64,000 bases of DNA from Hormiphora californensis (taxonomy: Eukaryota > Animalia > Ctenophora): assembly GCA_020137815.1 (NCBI GenBank), contig CM035359.1, positions 3,782,001-3,846,000 on the forward strand, written 5' to 3'. Position 1 is the stretch's first letter. Every line of letters begins with the position of its first letter. The translations under genes were made by a program, and so were the position numbers. The notes beneath the pieces were generated by a model that was not told the DNA's origin, did no database searches, and was given only the letters and a program-made list of their open reading frames with translations. This document shows, in pieces, positions 54,283 through 64,000 of this stretch.

Positions 54283-56461
54283 CACGCAAGTCGCTTGAAA
54301 AGGACTTTAATTAATGCATCCACCACTGCCGCCCTCTCTCTGCCGCGAACTGTCTTGTGATCAAGCAGTTTTGTCCCCTTGATCATATACTTGACAACCC
54401 CCAGATAATTAGTATGGAGCGGGTCATTAGTAAACCATTTGTGGCTAAACCCGGGAAGATTGAGAATGACAAATTCCCTTCCAGCTGTAGGCTGGGTGTA
54501 CTTTCTTTCTCCAAAAGTTACAAGATGGCCAGACTCATCAAGAGTATCGTCCGGAACAGTTTTTCCACCAGTGCTTTTTTTGGAAGTGTTTCCAGTATTA
54601 TCTTTCATCTGGACCCTCTTTCCGACGATCATGCAGTGCGGACAGCTACACTTCCCGCCATGGCCCAGCAACGGTACCAACTCAGGTCGCTGAACCGCGT
54701 CAACCGGAAAAGAATGGATCTGCACGAAGGTAATGCACACTCTGCCGTCGGGGTGATCCCACTTGATTCCCTGCTTGTGGCTCTTAATCAGATGTTCCAC
54801 AGCTGGTTTCAGCATGGCCTGGTTGAACTTTATCTTTGCTGTTTTGATGAACACCAATGGAGTGCATATCACTTTCATTCTTAAAAATGGTGGTAACTCC
54901 ATGATCGATATCTGCAATGGGTACAGATTTTTTGCAGAAGATTTCGAAATCTGGACCCCATCTATTGAAATTGAGACCGAAATATAGGGTAGCGGTTCCT
55001 TCGAGTTCTTAAATTCCTCCTTGAATGATAAGCACCGCTTAGAATTGTGCACATCTGACAAGTTATCAGAATCGTTCAGTTCGTTAACATAAGCGGCCAT
55101 TTTTTCATGATGTGCCTCTATTAAGGCCAGAGGGGGGGCTCCGGGGGTATAAAAAGTCACTTTCGGTATCTGGTCCGGCTCGAAGAGCCGGACCAGATGA
55201 CATACTCGGAATCGATTTTGCGTGCGCTGTTAGGGAGAAAATTGAGGTTAACTTTTGGCCCAAAATCAATGTTAACCTCTCTAATTCTTAGAGTTCGTGT
55301 ATTGAGACAATGAAAACGGTTCTAAAAGTAAGGTATCACTAAGGAGAGTATGTGGGAGCGATTTTATGGCGATATTCCTGGTAGTTCTTTAAATTTTGAG
55401 GTTAACATATTTCACCAAAAGTACCTTTTTGGTGAATAACTTGGAACATTTTTACGAATCGCCACTACATTCATCTCATAGACGGCTAAGAGTTGGGCCT
55501 TGAAATTTGGCAGGCATGATCCTTAGATAATAAACTGTGTTTTGAGTGTAACGATTTTTTATTGGAGCCTCCGTTCCCAAGATATTGAGGTTAACGTCTA
55601 AAAAATATCAGATGTGAAATATGTTACCCTCAATATCTTGGGAACGGAAGCCTCAATCAAAAATCGTTACACTCAAAACACAGTTTATTATCTAAGGATC
55701 ATGCCTGCCAAATTTCAAGGCCCAAATCTTAGCCGTCTATGAGATGAATGTAGTGGCGATTTGAAAAGTAAGGTGTGAAAAAAGACCAAAAAGGTTGTTT
55801 TTTGGGCGATAAGTTAACCTCAAATATCCGAACAACTATATGGCTTAGACCTCTGAAACTTTAAACATTTGGTCTCCTTGATCAGATCTATCGATTGGTA
55901 CCATTTTTATCTGTGAAGGCGACATAAATACAAGATTTTTGAGGTTAACTTACATTTTCGGTCAAAAGTTAACCTCAAAAAACAAGGCTTCCTGATACAC
56001 TTGGTGCGCAGCTAACCTACCCAAAAGTTTCCTACCACCGAGTTACATCATATATGTGAACCTCAGAAAAGTACATTTTTTGACCCTCGGACCCCCCCCT
56101 CTGGCCTTAAATCCTTAAAAAGGCCTATCAAGTCCGTATAGTAGAACTTTCCGTCAGTTGGTTTATTCCCGATCAACTGATTACACGTTCGGCAGTGTTG
56201 TGGGCAAAATTGGACTGGAGCTGTCGTCCTTTTCAGGCAGTCGTTGTTTTCACAGATCCGATATTGAACCGGTTTGCGTACGACAACCTTCTTATCTAGT
56301 TCCTGGTCAAATTTATAGGCGGTATTTATCATCAACAACTGATCCTCCGGGTAAGACCTAACTACAGGTAGAAGATTCAACATATCCTCCCATGCCACCT
56401 TTGAAACAGAGTGCCTCGTTCTCCATCTTAAGAGCTGTAGCTGCAATTCTTCTAGGCCCAT
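54283..56461 (-). pseudogene. CACTA transposase exon 1, copy B (tandem duplicate of A, split by a Kolobok element)
   Basis: 54283-57094 repeats 52463-54286; ORFs 56063-56461 and 54213-55160 are the two halves. Confidence 0.88.
55125..56106. mobile_element. Non-autonomous Kolobok-like element
   Basis: TTAA TSD (55121-55124, 56107-56110), purine-start TIR GGCCAGAGGGGGGG, GAGGTTAAC subterminal repeats; empty site in copy A at ~53300. Confidence 0.85.
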
Positions 56462-58021
56462 TTTAGAACATTTGAACTGTTAAATAAATCAGCTATGAGC
56501 AATGACTGAGCAAAAAATGGTTATATTGAAGCGGCACAAGAGGAGCTACAAAAAAATGGCTAAAAAGGTTCGGCAAGTTCGATCTTGCTCAGCTGATAGA
56601 CCCCAATGTCTGGGTTGACGTTGTGGGCCAGATTTTCTTCAGGTATAGTCAAATTTTTAATTTAAGGGACAGGCCGCCATGTTATATTGAAGCGGCACAA
56701 GAGGAGCTACGAAAAAAAAATGGCTAAAAAGGTTCGGCAAGTTCGATCTTGCTCAGCTGATAGGCCCCAATGTCTGGGTTGACGTTGCGGGCCAGATTTT
56801 CTTCAGGTATAGTCAAATTTTTGATTTAAGCGACAGGCCGCCATGTATCAAATACACGCCGGCCATATCTCCGGTTCCTGATTCATTTAAAGTCCATTTT
56901 TTTAATTTTTGTTCACCCCCCTGGGTGGCGCGCGACATTTTATTTGTGCGCCGGAAACTTGTTTTGGCTCTCACGCCCTTGTTTCTTGACCTATTTCGTC
57001 AAACAAAAACTTTACGGACTCACAAAATTATGCTCTTTCCGGTGATATGCGGCTTTTTGCCGAGAAGTGAGAGAAAGTGGGGGCTGTCACACGCCAATAA
57101 GACGCCGCACGGGGTGAACAATATTTTTAAAAAATAGACTTTAAGATAAAAACTTGATCCTGGAAGCGTCAATAATAATTAGTACTTACATTTATTTATT
57201 TTTATTGACATCATAAATATAATTTTTCCCTGCCTGGGTGAATGCCCGAAGGGCATTCACCCAGATGATGTTTTTAGCACGTGTGCCAAAAAGATCATTC
57301 AGGGCTTAGAAATCAGCACGGTTAACTAAAGTGTCCGATGATGATGATGATGTCTGTCCCGCGATACGCATAGTAACAAACATTGCTCCTTGATAAATCT
57401 TTCATATTACGCTTTGTTCCAGATAAGATAAAGACTTGATCCTGGTTGCGTTGGAGAGAGAAAATTTTCTCTTTCCAACGCAAGTCGCTTGAAAAGGACT
57501 TTAATTAATGCATCCACCACTTAGCAAGTCTCCCAAGCATGAAACTACTATCGCAAAATTGCAATGGACCCGAGTGAAGTAACCAACTAGGGTCTCCTAA
57601 GCAAATGTCTTGGTTACCATGATAGCAACCGTCTTGGTTACCATAGCAACCGTCTAGGTTACCATAGCAACCACACTGGATACAATAAAAATCAGCCAAA
57701 AACGCCCCAAATTCATCAGGAAATCCAATTTTGAAGCGTTTTCGTCAATTTTTCACCTATTTGTGGCAGGGAAACCTCGCGTTATGAGTTCATAATGCAA
57801 TAATTCTTGTTTTAATGTAATTAGTAATCCAATGCCCTATCAGGCGAAATGTCATTTTATTTCCTTAATTTAAGTTCTTTCTGGCGAAACGTAGACTTTA
57901 TCGAACTTGCCGAACCTTTTTAGCCATTTTTTTCGTAGCTCCTCTTGTGCCGCTTCAATATAACCATTTTCGCTCAGTCATTGCTCATAGCTGATTTATT
58001 TAACAGTTCAAATGTCCTAAA

Positions 58022-61000
58022 ATGGGCCTAGAAGAATTGCAGCTGCAGCTCCTAAGATGGAGAACGAGGCACTCTGTTTCAAAGGTGGCATGGGAGGATA
58101 TGTTGAATCTTCTACCTGCAGTTAGGTCTTACCCGGAGGATCAGTTGTTGATGATAAATACCGCCTATAAATTTGACCAGGAACTAGATAAGAAGGTTGT
58201 CGTACGCAAACCGGTTCAATATCGGATCTGTGAAAACAACGACTGCCTGAAAAGGACGACAGCTCCAGTCCAATTTTGCCCACAACACTGCCGAACGTGT
58301 AATCAGTTGATCGGGAATAAACCAACTGACGGAAAGTTCTACTATACGGACTTGATAGGCCTTTTTAAGGATTTAATAGAGGCACATCATGAAAAAATGG
58401 CCGCTTATGTTAACGAACTGAACGATTCTGATAACTTGTCAGATGTGCACAATTCTAAGCGGTGCTTATCATTCAAGGAGGAATTTAAGAACTCGAAGGA
58501 ACCGTTACCCTATATTTCGGTCTCAATTTCAATAGATGGGGTCCAGATTTCGAAATCTTCTGCAAAAAATCTGTACCCATTGCAGATATCGATCATGGAG
58601 TTACCACCATTTTTAAGAATGAAAGTGATATGTACTCCATTGGTGTTTATAAAAACACCAAAGATAAAATTCAACCAGGCCATGCTGAAACCAGCTGTGG
58701 AACATCTGATTAAGAGCCACAAGGAGGGAATAAAGTGGGATCACCCCGACGGCAGAGAGTGCACTACCTTCGTGCGGATCCATTCGTTTCCAGTAGACGC
58801 GGTTCAGCGACCTGAGTTGGTACCGTTGCTGGGCCATGGCGGGAAGTGTAGCTGCCCGCACTGCATGATCATCGGAAAGAGGGTCCAGATGAAAGATGGT
58901 GGAAAAACTGTTCCGGTCGATACTCTTGATGAGTCTGGCCATCTTGTAACTTTTGGAGAAAGAAAGTACACCCAGCCTACAGCTGGAAGGGAATTTGTCA
59001 TTCTCAATCTTCCCGGGTTTAGCCACAAATGGTTTACTAATGACCCGCTCCATACTAATTATTTGGGGGTTGTCAAGTATATGATCAAGGGGACAAAACT
59101 GCTTGATCACAAGACAGTTCGCGGCAGAGAGAGGGCGGCAGTGGTGGATTCATTAATTAATGCGATGCAAACACCGAGCTGGGTAATTACACGTTATTTC
59201 AACTTCCATTTTCTCAGTTAAAAAGACGCATCAGAGGTTCAAAATATTTCCTGAACCCCTCTAGCCCTCGCCCCTCCCCCGCGTTCGGCGGTTGGTTACT
59301 ACTAACTAACCCATGCACCACCCTCAGATCGAAAGAAATATAAGGACGACGGACGAGATGGCCCATTTTAAAGGTTTGTAACATTTTTTGTTGCATTTAC
59401 TAGAAAATGGGGTGATTGTACTGATCGCAAATCTGGAGAAAAGTGCCTGTCCCCGTGCTAGAATACTCAATTCTCTCTTTCTCTTTCACACACACACACA
59501 CTCTCTCTCTCTCTCACACTCTCTCTCTTTCCATGCATTAGATATACATATTTAGATTAGATCTCAACGGGGGGGGGGGGGGGGTGTTCAAGAGCTAACT
59601 GGTTGGAGGCCATGCCAGTTAGGGGCCAGGGGGTGCAGGTGGGCCTTAAGGGTTTCACAAAACAAGCTCTGTACAATACATCTTTGATGGGAAAGTTCCA
59701 AAATTTATAGGCCACCTAGATAATCGTTAGGAGCAACTATTTCCAGATTTTCATCACTGATGAAGCATGGGAACATTCTCAGCTAGCGTTTCAAAGACGT
59801 TAAAAAGTAAGCCGTTCTCATGGCTAGAAATGAGGTCCGTTTCAAAAATCCTTTTTTGGGCTTGTTCATCTTTATATCCTCTTCAAATTCCTAAATTTTC
59901 ATGCTTCTATCTCAAAAAATGTGTTCCTGAGGTCAAAAATGGCGAAAAATCCAGCAACAACTCCACTTAGAAAACAGGCTGTAGAAAAAATATGAATTCG
60001 ACTTTAGAGCTCAAATATATATATTTGAAGTCGTTTCGGCGGGCACTCGATGTTGAAAAACGCCAGATGTACCCTTAATTGACCCAGTTAATGCCCACAC
60101 CGACCGTACTGGACCAAATAGCTATAACCTCTCTGCACCACCACCACCACCAATAAAGTCACTAAGTTTGGTGCGCGATAATTTCATTAACGGGTCAGAA
60201 AAAGTGTGCACTCTCACAAAATGTACAAAAAATTGGGTGTTAGAAGCCAAATTTCAAGAAAAGTAGGCCGTTTAGGGTACCCTGGCCTAGTATAGTGGGT
60301 CCTTGTCACATGTGGTAGTAAAAGGTGGGTACCTAGCTGGCCGATGACCAGTTAACAAAAATTTAGGCATAGTCATCTTTATATTTTATGAAACACGTTT
60401 TTATTTCAGCCCGTGAATGGTGTCAATTCATCTTCTACGTTATCCCGGCCTCACTGATGAAGCTCCAAGAAACAGATCCGGTGAAGGTTTCCATTTCGGT
60501 TGGAAGGCATTGGCTGCTGCTGGTTAAATCACTGGTGCTGTTGTCGATGTAAGTAATGAAAAGAATAATATAATGGGCTATAAACTCTTGCCAGTCGCGC
60601 GATATACCAGATAGAGAGAAAGAGAGACGTATGTCACCCGAAAGAATCGTTTCAGGGATACTGTGGACAAGAAGGGAATTAGCAGGGCTGAGAAATACTT
60701 GCACGAGTTTGTGACCAGTGTACCAAACATCTACACTGAAAAGTTATGCACTTTTAACCTCCACCAAATGGTATAATGGTATAATTGCCCCAAAAATTAG
60801 GGGCTATAATAACTATAGGTTATCACCATTACCAGGAAATTACTACGAAATCTTTCTTTAACGAATCCATTCCCCTTTCAGGTTCACATTCCGGACTCAG
60901 TTAGAGAAAGTGGTTCCCAGGCATATACTACAATGGCGCCATTTGAATCAAGAAACAAGGTCTTAATATCTCTCTTCCATGGTATGATTATTTATATAAT

Positions 61001-61643
61001 ATATGTTCAGATCACTGCAATGGAAAATCCGGGTTTGATCTGACTTTTTCGCCTATTTTGATCTACGGGATTATATGATTCATTTCGCTATTTTAATGGT
61101 GGAACGAACACGTAGCTAACTTGAGATAAAATATTCTTTTCTTCAGGAACGAATGATGTTGGGCTCCAAATTGCCATGGGGCTCAACCGTTTGGAGGCAA
61201 CTGAAAAACTGGAGAGGTTTGTGAGAGCAATCAACCCGCTGTCACCTGCCCTCCGAGCCTCATCCACCGCCAGATTCAAAGGGGGCAAAATAATCCCAAC
61301 AACTCCCCTGCTGAATCAGCTTGGCTATTCCACATCTACTCCACTTCAAGAGGTAGAAGTCGGAAATTTCCGCTTATCTGTGGAAAAAGAATGCGATAGC
61401 TTCATTTATAGCCACAAAGACAAATGTTTTGGAAAGGTTATCGGAATATTTTTACAGCTTGACAAACTCTTCCTGGTTTGTTTGAAAGTTAAAGGCGAGC
61501 CTTTTGTGCCTCATGGGCTTATGAGCTATGTTGTAACCCAAGAGGTTTTCACTGGAGATTACAGTAAGGTTGGGAGCTTTGCTCCCTGCTTTCCAAATTT
61601 GAACAGTTGCATATTCCGTCGTGTTAATATGCTTGACCATTAA
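58022..61643 (+). CDS. CACTA/EnSpm (CMC superfamily) DDE transposase, apparently intact, ~685 aa
   Basis: Exons 58022-59182, 59328-59373, 60410-60548, 60656-60770, 60882-60981, 61147-61643 chain in phase. Motifs: N-terminal Cys cluster, ISIDG, FPVDAVQR, CSCPHC, NDPLH..LGV, HFKAREW..FIFY, TFNLHQMVH, APFESRN. An acceptor at ~58006 suggests an upstream exon or trans-splice site. Confidence 0.9.
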
Positions 61644-61674
61644 GCTGTTAAATGGTTAATGGTTGCCGGTTGTT

Positions 61675-62810
61675 TATATGGTCATTTTTTTTTTAACTTG
61701 TGCAAAATTTTTTCCGAAAATGACATAAGTTCAGTTTTTTCGACTTTTATCATAGTTTTTGTCAAAAAATATTATTTTCCAACGAATATTATGTGTAAAA
61801 GTGTATAGGGAATAGATTTACAGGCAAAATAAATTAAAAACTCACCTCGTGAGGTGCCGGTGACCATGTTTGCAAAAGCGTGTGCCATTCCGTCAAATTT
61901 TAATATTTTTTTCTAAAATTTTCGAAAATATGCTGAAAAATGCCCATAATAAACACCATTAAAATATGTAAGCAAACTTACTCAATCTATGAGGTGCAAC
62001 CGGTGTTTAAAGTTACACTGTATACTTACAGCTACTTTTAAGCCCGTAGCACCTCACGTTTCACGACTTTTCCTAGCTAGATACTTGCAGTAGACTCAAA
62101 ACCATCATTTGTACCAAAAAAGTTCCAAAAATTTTGCTCAATGAGTGAGGTGCACCCAAAAAACTGTATTTTCTTCAAACGCTAATTGCACCTCACTCAG
62201 TGAGTATATAGTTCTGAAAGTGGCCTTAATTTGCTCATATGACATCCCCAAACACTACCTAATCGATTCCAAGGTCATTGCTCAACCTGTGAGGTGCACT
62301 GGAGAAGTAGGTAAAATATGTCATTTTTTGAGGGTCTGCACCTCACTCGCTGAGTAATTTTTAGAGCAAATTTTCGGTAAATCAGGAGGGAAATTGTCTA
62401 ATCTTGCTTTATGCCAAGTTTCAATTCTTTATTTACTCATTTGACCCCTAGTGAGTAAACTTTTAGCTCTAAAATCGGCTTGCACCTCACCAAATGAGTA
62501 AATTTTTCCATGGTTTTCACCTCATCTGATGAGTGAGAAATATCCCCACCATTTCTGAAAGTTTGGAGATTTTTGATCAAACGGTATTTCTACAAATCGG
62601 GGGCACCTCACGATAGCACCTCACGGCGTAGAAATGCTATAGCACCTCACTGGAGTAAGCTAGAGACTTCGTTCTTTCACTAAATTGAACTTTTAATATT
62701 TCTCGATTTTTTGAGGTGCCGAGTAAATTTCCAGTGGCCACAGCTATTTTGCTATGATCATTTGAAAAAATTTGGTAGTTGCACAAGTTAAAAAAAAAAA
62801 TGACCATATA
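61675..62810. mobile_element. Non-autonomous TIR element with CACCTCA subterminal repeats
   Basis: TATATGGTCAT(n)AACTTGTGCAA ... TTGCACAAGTTA(n)TGACCATATA; TSD ambiguous (TA or AT). Confidence 0.8.
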
Positions 62811-63455
62811 TGTATAACGAATATGTATAACGAATATAATAATCTACTATCTAGCTATAATTATAAAGTTGTATTGTATTACTGGGTTTACTTACCAGTG
62901 GTAAATTGAGTGTTGGAGAGGATTTGTGCACTGTTGAACTGAAGTGTTTTGTACGTCCTTGTTTTTCTACAATATATATATTTCTATGAAGTATAATCTG
63001 CGTGTCCAGTCTCTGGAGCTTTTGTTCTGGTCTCAAGAGTCTCAAAAACACATTTTCCTATGAACACAATCATTTTTTAACAATATCCCGTGGTGTATAA
63101 TTGTACATATATGCATCCTTCAAAACATCAATTAACAAAATTTCCCTTTCCTAATTCGTCCCTATTGTAATCTCTATAGCACATGTATCATAGTGGAGAA
63201 TATCAGATAAACAAAGCAGTGAGATAACACCAGATACTATGGGCAATTTATCTCAACCCTCAGGGGGCTAAGTTTCACCGTTTTAACGAGACAGAGGGTT
63301 ACTATTGAAGGTAACAGTGGCGTGCTCACCATTTTCACTTTAGTGTGCGGGTTGTTGGCTTTGTCACCCTTATTTATTAAAGTCTGTAATTTTTTCACCA
63401 GTTTTTTGATATTTACCAACCTAGAATCTCCAATGACCTCCCTTTCATTTATCAG

Positions 63456-64000
63456 GCGCCTTCCTGTTCGCATACATCGTGATGGTACTGGTAGAGGGAC
63501 TACCTCTCTTCTGTTTAGAACTGGCCATTGGAAACCACTTTAATAAGAGCGTAACTGGCTCTATGAAGGTACATATCTATATCTTTTACCCCCGATACTG
63601 GTCCCTGATTGGCTGATAACCAGTCACGTGACCTTAATAACGAGTTCTGATTGGTTGTTTACTTGTTTCGGTCGGTGCCTGACTCTAATCCTCCCCTTCT
63701 CGCAGCACATCCACAAGGCGTTGGTTGGTGTGGACTGTGGGGTGGTGTACTATGGCAGTGTGCTTCTTATGTATGCTCTACTACAACTATATAATAATGT
63801 GGATCATAAGGTATGTGCCATGAAATACTGGACCCTGATTGGCTGATAACCAGTCACGTGACCTAAATAACAAGTTCCGATTGGTTGTTTATTAAATCCG
63901 ATATTCTCCTGACAGATACTTATTTGAGTCATTTGTTGATCCATTACCCTGGGCTGCACCCTGTACAACAAACCATACCTGCTGTGAAACAGACAAGACA
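63456..64000 (+). pseudogene. SLC6: Inverted copy of the SLC6 fragment (runs off window)
   Basis: 63234-64000 is the reverse complement of 37665-38431 with very few differences, including the same 7-bp frameshift. Confidence 0.9.

Larger units (their letters stand above)
41090..63347. mobile_element. Putative rearranged CACTA/EnSpm element complex
   Basis: Candidate termini CACACTTAAA (41090) and TTTAGTGTG (63347; same end inverted at 38318 and 39463); encloses the transposase and BEN-like gene. TIR is imperfect and no TSD was found. Confidence 0.45.

Noticed and set aside
59218-59343. Alternative transposase exon 2 starting LKRRIR
   Set aside because: It runs into a stop at 59341-59343; exon 59328-59373 gives the expected R..R......FKA motif in the right phase.

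Overview
Intron-rich, transposon-dense animal genomic DNA with no prokaryotic features. The repeat types resemble those I recall from cydippid ctenophores such as Pleurobrachia; that is inference from memory, not a search result. (1) 1-2777: 33-bp minisatellite. (2) 2815-21442 (+): a 5'-incomplete gene whose 32 GT-AG exons I could chain in phase without stops (~1540 codons), plus a candidate hydrophobic last exon. It encodes a PAN/WSC-like piece, an F-type lectin domain, a ricin-B lectin domain nested inside an Ig domain, and about 9 Ig-like domains. (3) A Penelope-like retroelement with two minimal hammerhead ribozymes is inserted exactly at a splice acceptor of that gene and is itself split by a MULE-type MITE. 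(4) ~20-30.8 kb: tandem duplication of the gene's 3' end; the copies differ by a piggyBac insertion. (5) 32.1-35.9 kb: nested palindromic elements with a twister-like fold at the centre. (6) 36.5-64 kb: a rearranged CACTA/EnSpm complex. It holds an intact 6-exon ~685-aa transposase (+), two broken inverted copies, and a spliced BEN-like/coiled-coil partner gene (-), all bracketed by inverted copies of a frameshifted SLC6 transporter fragment. Many non-autonomous elements are nested throughout (hAT, Kolobok, Chapaev, Harbinger, Helitron, MULE, Tc1-like). All gene models and domain calls were made by eye.
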